From: Eledone cirrhosa
Lineage: Eukaryota
DNA: 64,000 bases
NCBI GenBank assembly: GCA_964016885.1
Contig: OZ024753.1
Coordinates: 30,008,001 to 30,072,000 of the forward strand
Direction of reading: 5' to 3'
In this document: piece after piece, positions 12,692-27,521 of the stretch
Layout of the letters: every line of letters starts with the position of its first letter
How positions within the stretch are numbered: position 1 is the first letter of the stretch
Notes under the pieces: generated by a model
Seen by the model: the letters and a program-made list of their open reading frames with translations, nothing else
Told to the model about the DNA's origin: nothing
Database searches by the model: none
Made by a program: the position numbers and the translations under genes

Positions 12692-13012
12692 TTAAATCTT
12701 TGCCTATGGAGGGACAACTCAGTTGAAGGCAATAGTGTGTGAGTTTGGGATTATTCTGACAGAGGAAACTAGCTGGCTTACTTTGCTTTTTTTTTGTTTT
12801 GTTTTGGTTTTTTTCTTTTAGTGTAGCTGGAAATGGCAGCTTTGGCTGGATTTCCTTCCTTTCAGCACACTCTTTTTTTTTTTGGCTAGCTTATTTCTGA
12901 GGCTGTTCATACTTCCACAAAACATTGCTTATTCATTCAAACTTAGAACACAACAGCTTGGAGCTAAAACAGCATTGCTGCTGTTACTACTACTACTACT
13001 ACAAACACCATC

Positions 13013-13178
13013 ACTAGTAGTAGTAATGGTGGTGGTGGTGGTGGTAGTAGTGGTGGTGGTGGTGGTAGTAGTGGTGGTGGTGGTGGTGGTGGTGGTGTTA
13101 GTAGTGGTGGTGGTGGTGGTGGTGTTAGTAGTAGTGGTGATGGTTTTAGTAGTAGTGGTGGCGGTGTAGTAGTAGTTA
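13013..13178. repeat. (GTG)n/(GTA)n microsatellite
   Basis: Directly visible. Confidence 0.95.
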
Positions 13179-13664
13179 TTGTTAAAAGAATTGATTATAT
13201 GTAGTAGTTTCAATTCCTCTGAAAATTACAATATATATCACCACCACCATCATCATCATCATTTAACATGTTTTCCCTGCTAGGAAGAGTTGGCTATGTA
13301 GTCACAGACCGTTTCAGTGATAAAGCCAAGGGAAGCCACTGACCTGGGTGGGCTGCCTTCTGACATATGATCTCACACTCTTCCAAATGCATTTTATCAT
13401 GGCACCAACTCTAGGAAAGTTGACATGTCCTTGGCACAGCTGAAGAATGCTCCCAACCTCTTCTTTGGCAGTGTTCTACAAAGATCTGGAAGTTTCTTTA
13501 GCTGTGTGCAGGACATATATAACTGCTACATAGTTGATAATATAAATAATATAAAAAATGTTACAATTTTTCGAAATTAGAAGAAATAAAGTGTAATTAA
13601 TTGTTTTTTAAAATTTCCAATTGACTTGATTCATTTTGAATAGTATATATTTGCATTTTGGATG

Positions 13665-13732
<68 letters not shown>

Positions 13733-13869
13733 GAGAAGAAAGAAGAATACTGCGTGGTTGCACATGGGTTACATATGATAAAAATAGTCCTTCGTCATAC
13801 TATATATATAGTATGTGTGTGTGTGTACATATGTACATATGTATATGTGTGTGTGTACATATATATATA

Positions 13870-13950
13870 TAGTAATAATAATAAATTTGAAGACTAAAAT
13901 CCAAAGAGGGCTTGATAAGGATAAATATATATCAAATATATAAGAACCGT
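13870..13950 (-). repeat. Terminal fragment of the 18378-18592 element, inside (TA)n
   Basis: Near-identical inverted match to 18513-18592. Confidence 0.85.
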
Positions 13951-13971
13951 ATATATATATATATATTTTAA

Positions 13972-14007
<36 letters not shown>

Positions 14008-14047
14008 GATGTATATGTGTGTGTGTATATATGTGGATATATATATA

Positions 14048-14833
14048 TCATCATCATCATCGTTTAACGTCCATCTTCCACGCTTGCATGGGTTTGGACG
14101 GGAGTTTTCCCACTTGAGGCAAGAGTGGTTGTCTTGCTCGCATAGGACTGTCTGGCGGGTTTTTCTATGGCTGGATGCCTTTCCTAACACCAACCACGTT
14201 TACAGTGTGGACTGGGAGGTTTTTACCATGTTACCTACACGGCCACATTACAGCGTGGACTGTGTGTTTTTTTTGTCGTGACACCTACACGACCTCATTT
14301 GTTTCGAACTGGATGTTGTGGTACCAACATAACTTTACATTGAAAGGGGTGGTGGGGGTAGTGGGACGGGGGTGTATTTTTGTTAGAGGTGCCTACTGAC
14401 TGTAGTAGGTTTCACTTTGCACTTAGGTAAGGCGGGTCTTCTCTAGTACTGTGTAGCGCCAAAGATCTCGGTCCAGTGACATTGTCTTGGAGAGGTGTAA
14501 GTGTGTGAGGTCGGAATTTATCAAGTCGTCCCAGGTTTTTCTGGGTCTGCCTACTCCGTGGCTACCGTCTATTTTTATTGCCCTGCACTTTGTTATACAG
14601 CTATCGTCTTTCATGCGCCTCACGTGACCATACCAACGTAGCCTTCTCTCGAGTAAACAACATCTGATCCCTCTTATTTCTAATTTCTCCCTTAGTACGT
14701 TTATGCTTTGCCGTTCACGTATATTACTATTACACATCCAGCGGAGCATGCACGCTTCGTTCCTCTCTAGTCTGCGAATATCCTCTGCACACAATGCCCA
14801 GGTCTCACTGCCATGCAACATTGCTGTTCGTAT
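14048..14833 (-). mobile_element. 5'-truncated copy of the RTE LINE
   Basis: ORF 14423..14821 ([10 protein letters not shown]...DRDLWR), same 3' UTR and (GAT)n tail; flanked by (TA)n. Confidence 0.96.
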
Positions 14834-15582
<749 letters not shown>

Positions 15583-17092
15583 CAGTGGAGGCACGTGGCC
15601 TAGTAATAGCGTCCACTTTGAGAACCTCTGCTTTAAAATAATCCTCAAATTATCATTATTATATATACTGTTTTCCTAGAATTTTAATATTTAAAAAACA
15701 AATTTAAAAAACCCCAACTATTTTGGTGTTTGTGTGGGTGATTTTGGTGGAGGGGCGAGAATTTCTTGATATTAGTAGTGTAATTCTGTAAGGACTCGTG
15801 TTTGTCCACTCTTAGTAGTGAGAGTGGACAAACACGAGTCCTTACAGAATTTAAGTGAACTCTCAATCAGGTAATAGCATCTACGGGTGGCAGTCTATCC
15901 ATATGGTGGGAATGTACTTTTTTCACACACACCTTAATCAATCTCTCACCTCTTATCTCTGCCTATGGTTTAACCCCCCCCCTCTCTCTCTCTTGGTTAT
16001 GCGGTGTTTTATTGGTTGTCCTGTCCTGTCCTGTCCTGTGTTGTGTTGTGTTGTGTTGTGTTGTGTTGTTTTGTTTAGTCTATTTATAACGCCTTCAGTA
16101 TGAAAATTAGTTGAGTTTTTTGGGTGTTTTTTGTCAATGTTATTTTTTCTTGAAAGAAATTCTATTCTATTATGTAAGTGTTCAAGTGTAGATATTTTCT
16201 GAATAGATGAGGGTGAAATAATTAATGCCGCAGGCAGAGTAATATTTTCTTCTAATATTGTTATATCATATTTATTTCAATGACGAAAGCCCTCCTGCTT
16301 AAATTCAGCAGTGTCCATTTCAGAGTTATTATCTAAGAAATTCTGCAGGCTGGCAGACAGAGAAGGAAGTAAGGTAGTCACCAGCCTTGGTACTTAGTGT
16401 TGTTGTTCTACCTCAGCTGTCTGCAGGCAGGAAAGTGGAGTCTTCACTGTGTAAAAAAAAAAAAAAGGGTCTCTTACCACCACTATAGAATTCTTCACAT
16501 ACAGGTTGTCCATATAAACAAAGCCCTCATGTTATGAAAAAAACCACATGCTATACAATACACATTGCTCCTAATATTGAAAAAAAGAAACACACACACA
16601 CACATATATATATGAACTAGCAGATTATTATTACACAAACACATAGGAACAGATCCATTCATATACACACACGTGTGCACTCAAGCTCATGTGTGCACAT
16701 ACATGCATACATGAACAACATTCGTATCTGTACACCCATACACATTACACACACACACAAGCAAAAAAAAAACAAAAAAACAAGCTTATAGCCATTTTGT
16801 TCTGAGTGCTGTGGAAAGGGTTAAGAAAAATGAACATTTCTTAGGGTAAATAAAGTAAATTTCTTTTTCTTCTCAGCTGTTCTGGGAGAAATCATTGTAA
16901 AGACAGGTGTTGAAGCAAATGTCGATCAGAGAACAAGGGTTAAGATACTTGAATAGAAAAGAAAATGTTTTACAAAGCTTGTGAGGATTAGAATATGTTT
17001 GTGTTGGTCTGGTGATACATTTCTCTGTGTGTGTTTACCAAGACAGAAAAAATACGTTCTAATATTAATTTCATTCTGGATTAACACAATAT

Positions 17093-17432
17093 TAGGCAAT
17101 GAATTGGCAAAGCCATTAGAATATCGGATAAAATGCTTTGTGGTATTCATTCTGGTTCACTGCACTCGAGTTCAAATCCCACTAAGGTCAACTTTGCCTT
17201 TCATCCTTTCAAGGGTCGATAAATAGAGACCAGTCCAGTAACAGGGTTGATTCTTCCTCTATATCTCTTTCTCATTTCCTTTCTATCACTATCTCTCTCT
17301 CTCTATCCTTCTCTGGAGGAAATCAGCTGTGTTCAGACCTGGAGAGGAGATGGGCTCTGCCAGGTATTAAAAATGCCCAAGAAATGCTGTATGTCACTAT
17401 GGCATCCCTACAACTCCATCAGGAGTTACGGG
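17093..17432 (+). mobile_element. tRNA-derived SINE (tail type B)
   Basis: TTGGCAAAG..TTAGA A-box-like, GAGTTCAAATCCC B-box, central domain, tail ending CTCCATCAGGAGTTAC. Confidence 0.82.
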
Positions 17433-17528
17433 TTAAAAAATCAACAACACAATATATCAGTAAAATGCTTGTTGTGTATGTATTATTTCCAACACAGTAA
17501 TCTATTGGTAAGGCTAGTACTGTATTAA

Positions 17529-17749
17529 CCCTTTAGCATTTACATTACTCTATATTTACTATTGTATTTTCATGGTAAATGCTTTACCTCACATAATTAT
17601 CTCGCATAATATCGAATCTATGAAATTTTGATATTATTTATTTTGAGAACAATACCTTAACATCAGTATAAGCAGCCGGTTGCTGCTGGTTTGAACAGAA
17701 AGAGGTGAGAGAATTCTGGCTGGATACAGCTGATTTAAATGCTAAATGG
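17529..17749. mobile_element. piggyBac-type MITE family A
   Basis: TTAA on both sides; TIR CCCTTTAGCATTTA. Confidence 0.88.
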
Positions 17750-18377
17750 TTAATTACTAATCTTACTTTTATTATAGCTCATGAACAGTTTATAATTTAC
17801 AAACAGTTACACTATGGTATATATATAGATAAGAGAATAAAATTAGTTGTCATTGTTAATATATTATAATTCGTGCAACTAGTATAATATTACAACTAGA
17901 ATTACTGGTCATGATACTAGAGAATCCCAGAATAGAAATGTTATAGTAGCAAAGTAATAGTCCTTCTTAAATTAATTGCAATCACTGGTGTAATACTATA
18001 TGGGGATACTAAAGAAATTAGTATAGGACTTGTTTTAACCAGCTGTTCATTACTATAGCGATAATACTAATGAATCAGATGTAGGATTGGCTTGCAATCT
18101 TCAGTAGTGTTTCTTTCCAATTGCTATGCTATTAAACAATATGAAATTAACTTGTCATTCCATTAGATGCAAGAGAGATTATGTATTCATTTCACCTGTT
18201 TTATTTGTGGATATTTTGTTATGATAGATCTCAACAAATTGATTTTCCAATATTGTTATTTAAAATACTCTCCACTTGTGTGAATCAGCTGGTGACATTT
18301 TTTTGTTTTTTTTTTATGGGATTGGTCCAATATATATTTGAGTGTGTGGGTGTCATCATCATCATCAATATATATAT

Positions 18378-18588
18378 ATATTTATTAAAATAACAGATTA
18401 AAGTTTAAGCAAAGAATCGCTGCTTTCACCCTTAACAGAAGATCTCGTTAAGGGTGAAAGCAGCGATTCTTTGCTTAAACTTTAATCTCTTATTTTAATA
18501 AATATTTGCTCTACGGTTCTTATATATTTGATATATATTTATCCTTATCGAGCCCTCTTTGGATTTTAGTCTTCAAATTTATTATTAT

Positions 18589-18592
<4 letters not shown>
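18378..18592 (+). repeat. 59-bp-arm hairpin plus unique tail between (TA)n tracts
   Basis: 18378-18436 vs 18447-18505 (one mismatch); tail 18513-18592 is the reverse complement of 13870-13950. Confidence 0.88.
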
Positions 18593-18655
<63 letters not shown>

Positions 18656-19557
18656 ACACACCAAAGTTCAGAGTTCTAAGGCATTGTGAAATGAAAATAT
18701 GAGCCATAATATTTCATATAGGTGGTGAAATAGGGAGGATTAATAATTTCATGCTTTCACATACATAAATCATATTACCAGATTCTACTACCCCCAAGTG
18801 TCGAGTACTCTGGTGAGTAATGGTCTAACAGGTTTTTACTGCATCAATTTTGATTTAGATAGATAGATAGATTGATTGATTGATTGATTGATAAACAGAC
18901 AGACAGATAGATGTCTGATATTTTGATTTCATAATCTATTACAACTCTTAATGTTGTATATTTTAACAATTTGTTAAGATTTGCTACATGAATGACATCA
19001 TATGAATTTAAATAATTGTTCTACAACAAAATATGTTATATAAATACATATTTATGTATTCATATAACATATTTTAGAACCTAGTCGGGAGTAGATAGGA
19101 AATTTATAGATTCATAGCTCAGGCAACAGTCTGTTTAAATAATATAGTTAGTTCCTTACACATATACATACACATGAAACACCTTACACTTACACTTCAC
19201 AGACCTTACACATATACATATACACATCACACACTTTATATATATATATATATGCACATCATACGCCTACACATCACACATACAAATTGTGTGTGTGTGT
19301 GTGTGTGAGAGAGAGTGAGAAAATATATGAGTATAAAGAGAAATACAAATTAGTATGAGAAACAGGTGAGAACAGTTGGCAATGTTAAGATAATATATGA
19401 GCTTCTTAATAAAGATATGTGAGTCTCATTCCCACATGGCACTCACACAGTTCATTCCCACATGGCATTCACACTGACTTTACAGCTGTACATTTTCTGT
19501 TTATATTTCATATATTATTTTACAGGTCCATGCAAATAACTCAGTCTTTTAAGTGAA

Positions 19558-19760
19558 CCTTTAGCATTTACATTATTCTGTATTTACTATTACATTTTCT
19601 CACTTAATTATCTCACATAATATCGAGCCTATGAGATTTTGATATTACTTATTTTGAGAACAATACCTTAGCATCAGTATGAGCGGCTAGTTACAGCTGG
19701 TTTGAACAGAAAGTGGTGAGAGAATTCTGGCAGGATATAGCCGGTTTAAATGCTAACGGG
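19558..19760. mobile_element. piggyBac-type MITE family A
   Basis: Same body and TIRs; right flank TTAA. Confidence 0.85.
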
Positions 19761-20254
19761 TTAAGTGAACCTTTCCAAACAACAATGCTGTCTTTGATGG
19801 AAGAAACATCGTCAGTAACCAAAATGCTTTTGCATGTCCAAAAATAATTTAATAGAGAGAGAAATGCAATTATGATTAAAATCTAAAAATGTAGATTCTG
19901 ATAGTTATTAATCTTTATAATCTTTACGGGGAATAATTGTGTTACTTGTTAAATGAAGCGAATCGGGTAATGGTGAGAAAGGCTTTTGGAATTATTGATT
20001 CTGTACATTTTGATTTAATGTTGTCATCATCATCATCATCTTCATCATCGTTTTATGTTGGGTTTCAATGCTGGCATTAGCTTAAGGGATCGTCATGGTT
20101 TGAGACTAAACTGGTTCGAGCACCCTCTCTTGCTTTATACATTCCATATCTGGCATGGTTTCTGCAGCTGGATGCTGTTCCAAACACCAACCACTTTACA
20201 GAGTATACTGACACCAACAGCAGAGAGGTTGTCCTGTCCAGTTCAGGTATATAT

Positions 20255-20321
<67 letters not shown>

Positions 20322-20556
20322 CATACATACTTGCTTTTGAATGAGCCATGTAATATGTGTCAGTAATAGTAGGGTGGGGAGGAGAGTGGAAGGTGGTGTT
20401 TTAGTGATCCCTGTAATAAAAGAAAATTAAGGAAAAAGAAAAGAAATCCTAAACAGTGAAATAAGATCAATTTCGTGGCTCAAATTATTTCTTTGTTTTG
20501 GTATTGATGAAAGGAATGATTCTTTGTTGAATGATTTCATTGTTTTCTCTAGCTAG

Positions 20557-20770
20557 ATGGCAACAATATCAGTAGAGCATCGCACAAAATACCTTGTAGA
20601 GTATTTTGTTACAAATTTCTACCTTCTGAGTTCAAATCCTACCGAGGTCAACTTTGCCTTTCATCCTTACAGGGTCGATAAAATAAAGTACCAGTAACAC
20701 ATTGGGGTCGATTTAATCGAATTTCTCCTCTCCCAAAATTGTTGGCCTTGTGCCTAAATAGGAAACCGTT
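20557..20770 (+). mobile_element. tRNA-derived SINE (tail type A)
   Basis: B-box, central domain, tail GGCCTTGTGCC...GAAAC. Confidence 0.82.
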
Positions 20771-20826
20771 ATTTTTGCAGATTAAAAAAAAATAGAAATT
20801 CAGTTAATACACTTTTTTCTTTTTCT

Positions 20827-21003
20827 TGCAGTATCGGTAGAGGGTTGGATTATGCTTTCCAACATAGTTATGTCCCTTTACGATCTGAGTTCAATTCCCG
20901 CCGAGGCTAACTTTGCCTTTCATCCTTACGGGGTCGATAAAATAAAGTACCAGGAATGTACTGGGATAATTGCTGGCCTTGTGCCAAAAAGTAGAAACAA
21001 TTA
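20827..21003 (+). mobile_element. tRNA-derived SINE (tail type A, young subfamily)
   Basis: Closely similar to 27127-27313, 27346-27521 and 32757-32935. Confidence 0.85.
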
Positions 21004-21134
21004 TTTTCAAGAGAATAGATTTATATAAAGTCTACTAAATCATATGTGGGTGGATATAATTAAATCCTACTTTCTAATGTACTTCTTTAAATTAAAATTT
21101 ATTTTATTTTTATATTTTTTCAATGCTCATTATT

Positions 21135-21333
21135 CTATATATACTATTGTATTTTCATGGGAAAGGTTTTACCTCATAATTACCTCACATAAATTAAATC
21201 TATAAGATTTTGATATTATTTATTTTGAGAACAATACCTTAATATCAGTATGAGTGGCTAATTATGGCCGGTTTGAACAGAAAGAAGTAAGAGAATTCTG
21301 GCCGAATGTGGCTGGTTTATATATACTAGAGGG
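21135..21333. mobile_element. piggyBac-type MITE family A (left end eroded)
   Basis: Body similar to 17529-17749; ends GGG|TTAA. Confidence 0.75.
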
Positions 21334-21557
21334 TTAATCTAATATATTAGTGGCTATCTGTGATATTAACTGGGTTGTCATCATCGTCTCACCACCACCA
21401 CTATTTTATGTCTATTCTTTCATGTTTGCATGGGTTGGATGGGTCCTTTCCAGCACAGCAGTTCTCCGGCTTAACAGGCTGTTTGCGTAATTGGAAACAA
21501 ATCAAATATTATTATTAATATTCGAAAAACTCAGATTTACATTTCTTTTATATATAT

Positions 21558-21930
21558 AAGCGAAACCTACAGTCAGTAGGCACCTCTAACAAAAATACAC
21601 CCCCGTCCCACCACCCCACCTCATCCACACCACCCCTTTCGATCTAAAGTTATGTTGGTACCACAACATCCAGTCCGAAATAAATGAGGTTGTGTAGGTG
21701 TCACAAAAAAAAAACACACAGGCCACGCTGTAATGTGGCCGTGTAGGTAACACAGTAAAAACCTCCCAGTCCACACTGTAAACGTGGTTGGTGTAAGGAA
21801 GGGCATCCAGCCGTAGAAAAGCCACCAGACAGTCCTATACGAGCAAGACAACCAATCTTGCCTCAAGTGGGAAGATTCCCGTCCAAACCCATGCAAGCGT
21901 GGAAGATGGACGTTAAACGATGATGATGAT
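21558..21930 (+). mobile_element. RTE LINE 3' UTR-only copy
   Basis: Reverse complement of 8221-8590; ends GGACGTTAAACGATGATGATGAT; TA repeats on both sides. Confidence 0.93.
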
Positions 21931-22686
21931 ATATATATATATATATATTGTAAACACTGAAAATAGATTGGAGGACAATTTGAATGTGAGTTAGGAGCTA
22001 CCTATTAAAAGCACCAAATACCACATGTGTAGGGCAGGGGTAGAAAAAGAAGGAAAAGATATTTAAGTGGTTCAGACATCCCCTCCTCCAAAATTGGCTC
22101 AGACTGGATTATCTAATCTTCACAAGATGAAAATGGGTTCTGAAATGGAGTTTGATTCCTAGCTGTGCTGGAGCCAGAGCTAAGGGAGACAGAAAAAATA
22201 TCATCAAAACAGACATGACTCACTGAGGAATTAACAAAAGAGGAGGGAAAGGCAATTGGATGTGTGCGAGGCTAGTAAATATTGAAATTCTAATGAGTCG
22301 TTTGTGATTCAATTTTTTTACACTGATCCCTAGATAGAACTTAAAGAAAGGATGCACTCTTTGACGTTGGATTTTTTATTATTATATTTAGACAGCTACT
22401 AGGCATTATTCCTAGTTCTTTGTTCATTTGATTTATTAATTTCTTGTTGGAAAAGTTGTTTCATTTGGAATATGATCAAGTATTTGTTTATTTAGCATTA
22501 GTACAGTCTCACTAAGATACCACAGTTTGAGCCTTGATGAAATGTCATTTTCTTTCCTCTGACCACAATATAAGAAATAGATTGACCTATATTTCTATTT
22601 CTTCATCTTAAGTGGATGAATTGGCAAAACTGATGAGGTGCTGGACATGTAGTATTTAGTTTCTTCCTTCTACATTCTGAGTTTAA

Positions 22687-23269
22687 CCCTTTCATGACAG
22701 CATTTCTAATGAAATACACTCTATTTTAATAGATTAATGAAGAATTCCGAGGGATTTGCTAAAATTATTAATTATTTCTTTACTAAGATAGTAACTTAAT
22801 GTAAGGTTCTTATATATAATTATGTTGGAAGATTTTAATTTAAATTGGAACCCTTTAAAAGAAGAAAAGAAATAGGTTCCTTCTCCATGTGAACTCTTTC
22901 ATTGCCATATTCCTAATGAAACACCTGCTGATGTATTTCAATTAATTTTTAAAATAACGAAAAGTTTAATAAAATAATTAAGTTTTTCATTAGTAAGTCT
23001 ATATTTATAACATTACTTAACCAAACCGCCTGATGCAGGTATAAAAGAGACAAACTTTCGATTCGTTTATCATACCTGGCAGGTATGTTGGGAATGCCTA
23101 ATTAGTTTTAGAAGCATATCAGCACTCTTCCATCAGACAAAAGACCATTAATGTTCCATTTATCATGATAGAGTATTTTATATAATAATGTATATCTAAT
23201 GAAATGACGAAAAGCAAAATTGACCTGATAAATCCAGGGAGAGTTTGATGTAGTTTGGTGTCAAAAGGG
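22687..23269. mobile_element. Longer, older piggyBac-type non-autonomous element inserted into a SINE
   Basis: TTAA|CCCTTTCATGACA ... TGTCAAAAGGG|TTAA; related ends near 1354, 34303 and 38123. Confidence 0.6.
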
Positions 23270-23410
23270 TTAATGATTGGTTTCATTCCTTCTCTTGCAG
23301 ATCCTAGGTGCTACTGCTACTGCAATTAAATATTTCCTTACGTGTTAAATTATCAAGTCTCTTAACAACTAAGATAAACTGTAAACAATATACACACACA
23401 CATACATACA

Positions 23411-23411
<1 letters not shown>

Positions 23412-23491
<80 letters not shown>

Positions 23492-23517
23492 GCCATCATC
23501 ACCACCACCACCACCAC
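23412..23517. repeat. (CAT)n/(CAC)n microsatellite, probably an expanded retroelement tail
   Basis: Followed by TTTTCCATGCTGCCATGGGTTGGACG, which resembles the reversed RTE-type terminus. Confidence 0.9.
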
Positions 23518-23992
23518 TTTTCCATGCTGCCATGGGTTGGACGGGATGTTTTAAAACAATGCTTTACAGTTGGGGGTGTCTTTTGTGACACCAACACTTT
23601 TAGTCACCTCTTCCAACACACAGATACTGGGATACACACAGCAGCATACAATTCATTGTATATATACAATTATGCACACAATCTGGTGGAATGGATATCT
23701 GAACACATTATAATATCTACTCTAAATATAATATTGCATTTTTCTGACTTGGAATCTTTCCTTCATTCCAGAATATATTCCTCTATCTACGTATTACAGA
23801 AAACATTTACAAATATCCTACACCTTTTCCTTTTAAAAAATACCCTGTATCTGTTACAAACCATTGTGTGTTTGTATATGAATTACTTTCATCTTTCTAA
23901 TTAGGCAATAGTACAAACTTACATAGTACCAATTTGAAAAGGTATATATATATATATCTTATATATTATCTATCTATCTACCTACCTATCTA

Positions 23993-24573
23993 TCTACCGA
24001 GTCTATTGTAACGATCAAGCCGCCTCCCCTCTTCAAAAACGAAGGAGAGGCGGTGTTTCTGTGCGTAATAGCCATGGCGAAAGAGGTTGTATGGTGGACG
24101 CGTCTGAACGGACTGAGGTCAGACACCTTTCTCTCTGGCCAACAACTGGTCCGTTTCTTCCGATATCATTTCGGAAGAAGGATCAGGATGGAGAGAGAGG
24201 TGCTGCACTCCAGCCGTTTCTATGAAAGATGGGTGAAAGTGGCGAGAATGGCCCGTGTGAATGGGCCTTCACTCTACATCAGACTATAGGTGAGGAAGAT
24301 GAAAGACCAAGGGAGCACCCCTTCTCTGTGCTCCTGAGGAGAAGGGTTGCACACTTTTTTCGGGGGTGTGTGCGACCCCCCAAGGCGCCTCCTCTCTATT
24401 GAGGACTTTGTTATAAATTTTATTTTTTGTTATATTTTGTTTTATTTTTTGTTATATTTTATTTTATTTTTATATATTGTTATTGCCTCCTCCGTATTGA
24501 GGACGCCTTGTTTTGTAAACTCCCCCATTGTACTTGTCCCACTTTTGATGCCCTGGTGGCAAATAAAAGAAAC
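23993..24573 (+). mobile_element. Tx1/L1-like non-LTR retrotransposon 3' fragment in a (TATC)n tract
   Basis: Open frame ...EAVFLCVIAMAKEVVWWTRL...FYERW* (to 24289) resembles the Tx1/L1 ORF2 C-terminus; GC-rich then T-rich 3' UTR, AATAAA near 24562, (TATC)n on both flanks. Confidence 0.7.
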
Positions 24574-24574
24574 A

Positions 24575-24713
<139 letters not shown>

Positions 24714-25150
24714 CCCTTGCAAGCAGGGAAAAGCGGACGTAAAATGATGATGATGATGATGATAGATAGATAGATATATGTTGAGTGTTTTCAGGCAAGA
24801 AAATCCTCATCTTCGTCTTGTTGAAATATTATCTTCAGGAACACACAGCACAACATCCTGTGTACACAATTATAACACAATACCCATGATAAGATATGAA
24901 TTTACAACTGCCCTCTCTAGAGGTGGGGGCTGCTGCTCCTCTCAGATACAATTGTAATAAGATGTGACATTGTTCTTTCGAACTCTACAAACCATACCTA
25001 CTTGGTGTTGATATTGTAGTAACTATCATTTGTGTGTTTAAACCCCTACCATTACACCTCTCTTTGAAAATAATTGGCAATGTTTTTCATTAGAAATATG
25101 GTAAGGAAAGAGTTAGACAACAACAATTATTACTACTACTTTTTCTAGAT

Positions 25151-25620
25151 CAGCAGTCGCCAACCAGTGGTCCAACAGAACATTTTGGTGGTTTGCAGAA
25201 AAATCTGGACATGATTTACAATTTTTATGTTTTATTAATAATAAAACAAAAATAATATTTGGTTAAAATATATTCTAACCCCCCCCCCCCCCCCCCCCAA
25301 GTTTCTCCTCAGTAAAGAACTAACATCCATGAAAGAATTTTACACATACGTATCATCTATCGACAATATGACATACGCTATGATTCAGTATTGTTTAATA
25401 AAATGGAAGTTCTTTTCTTCAACTTTGCCTTTCATCCTTACGGGGTCGCTAAAATAAAGTACCAGTAATGCACTGGGGTAATTGCTGGCCTTGTGCCATA
25501 AATAGAAACAATTATTTTACCAATGTATTTATCTTTTTATAAAAATTCATATTGGTGGTACACGAGATTTAAAATTATGAACTTAGTGGTCCATGAGATC
25601 TGAAAAGTTGGCAACCGCCA
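25151..25620. mobile_element. Degraded hAT-like MITE containing a SINE fragment (25419-25515)
   Basis: CAGCAGTCGCCAACC ... GTTGGCAACCGC ends; GTGGTCCA subterminal motifs. Confidence 0.45.
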
Positions 25621-26861
25621 ATCTCTATTGCTTGGTATATATTTCATATTCTATATTGAAGAAAACAGTTGACTATAGTCAATAAATGCAATGAGTAACT
25701 TTGACATAATTCTTTTTGTGATAAAGTTTCAGTGCATGTCTAATGATTTTTTTTCTGATAAAGGACATATGCTACTCACTTTTGAAAACACATGCTAACA
25801 GGACAAAGTTTTATATTTTAATGACATACTTTACCATCTTCATACCATGAGTGACTATTTTTAAAATTTCTTTGGCCTGTGTTCTCCTCTCTTTTATTTC
25901 TTTTATTTATTTATTTACTTTTATTGTTATTTATGTTATTTAGTCATTTTTGATTTATTTTTCATTTTTATAAAGCAATTTTGTTTGAGCTTGTTTTTTT
26001 TCTATTATGAAGTTCTGGTTTAAGGCGTCCCACAGGACGACCATAGGATAGGACTGCTGTATAGAATGAACTCTGAGTTTGTGTGTGTATATATTAATAC
26101 TTGGTAAACTAGGCTTACATTTTCATAAAATACTTAAGTTTCATGATGTTAGTCTTTTAATTGGTGAATCTTTATTATCACTCATGATAGGCCAACCTCA
26201 ATCATCAGTCCTACAGGTAATTCTGTTCACTTTTTCTGTCTCTAGGAGCTAATATATTCAACTTGTTAGTTTAGTTGTCATATCTAATTATTAAAGCTCT
26301 TTTGTCACACATCCTGTGACCTTCTCAATGACTGATCTTGCTCCTCTGTGTCTCTTTGTTTCGATCTTGTTCTATTTACTTCATAGGAATATGTTGGAGT
26401 GTGTGTGTGTGTGTGGTGGGGGAGGGAACAACGAAAGATTGAGATGAGCTACATGTTATATAGTAGACCTGTCCAACCCATGCCAGTATAGGGAAAAAAG
26501 CTAAACCAATGTTGAAATGAAGATTATGATGATATTTTCATAACGTCCAATCCATTAAGATTTCCAAATATTTTTTAATTACTTTTTTTGAGAAAAGTAA
26601 TTAGAAAGTGCTGCATAGTACGAGGGCTTTTTTTGTTGTTGTTGTTAAATTAGTTGATCCCTTAGATATTTTAATATGTCTTCAGATAGTTATATTTTTA
26701 GTATTAAAATTGTTTCCAATATCTGAGCTAATCACACCCTTTTGATTTGTTCTTCTACCTGGAAATGTATTCAATTTGAAAGAAATTAAAAATGCTGTGT
26801 ATATGTATAAAAGTGTAATAATAATATTAATAATGTTTTCTTTATTAATAATATTAATAAT

Positions 26862-27109
26862 GATTTCTTTATTAACCACAAGGGTTGACACAAAGTATAA
26901 CATTAAGGACAATACAGGATGTTACAAATGGGCATTTTTGCGTGTAAAAAACAAAAACAGAGGATGTAACAAAAAAAAAAGAAACAAGGAAAAATTCCCC
27001 AATAGTGGGGAGACTTCCAAGGGTCACTTGTGGAGAAAACCCACAAAAAGGCCACAGTTACCCTGACTGCTAGGGCAAGCGCCCTCTCCCAGTTTCCTCC
27101 TACGATACT
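26862..27109 (-). mobile_element. Tx1/L1-like 3' UTR fragment ending in an (AAT)-rich tract
   Basis: Minus strand ends CCCTTGTGGTTAATAAAGAAATC, similar to CCCTGGTGGCAAATAAAAGAAAC at 24551-24573, with the same GC-rich then T-rich layout. Confidence 0.55.
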
Positions 27110-27126
27110 ACAGGCACAATAATAAT

Positions 27127-27313
27127 TGTTTCTACTTTTGTCACAAGGCCAGCAATTACCCAGTGTATTACTAGTACTTTATTTTATCGACCCCGTAAGG
27201 ATGAAAGGCAAAGTTAACCTCGACGGGATTTGAACTCAGACCGTAAAGAGACGTAACACTGCTAGAAAGCACGGCGTCCAACCCTCTAACGATACTGCCA
27301 ATTCACCGCCCTA
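27127..27313 (-). mobile_element. tRNA-derived SINE with 17-bp target site duplication
   Basis: ACAGGCACAATAATAAT at 27110-27126 and 27314-27330. Confidence 0.88.
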
Positions 27314-27321
27314 ACAGGCAC

Positions 27322-27521
27322 AATAATAATAATAATAATAATAATTGTTTCTACTTTTGGCACAAGGCCAGCAATTACCCAGTGTATTACTGGTACTTTA
27401 TTTTATCGACCCCGTAAGGATGAAAGGCAAAGTTAACCTCGGCGGGATTTGAACTCAGAATGGCAAGGGCCATAACTCTATGCGCCAAAGCATGGCGTCA
27501 GACCCTCTACCGATACTGCCA
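27322..27521 (-). mobile_element. tRNA-derived SINE with (ATT)n tail
   Basis: Same subfamily as the adjacent copy. Confidence 0.85.

Noticed and set aside
12882-13213. Poly-Val and poly-Thr ORFs resembling membrane or mucin proteins
   Set aside because: Trinucleotide microsatellite with no splice or homology support.
23308-23904. 198-aa poly-His ORF
   Set aside because: Driven by a (CAT)n repeat; the remainder has no recognisable protein features.
24780-24850. Minus-strand CUGAAGA...GAAA motif (similar weak cases near 56060-56100 and 57107-57152)
   Set aside because: Stems or the GAAA box are too degenerate to support without a family consensus.
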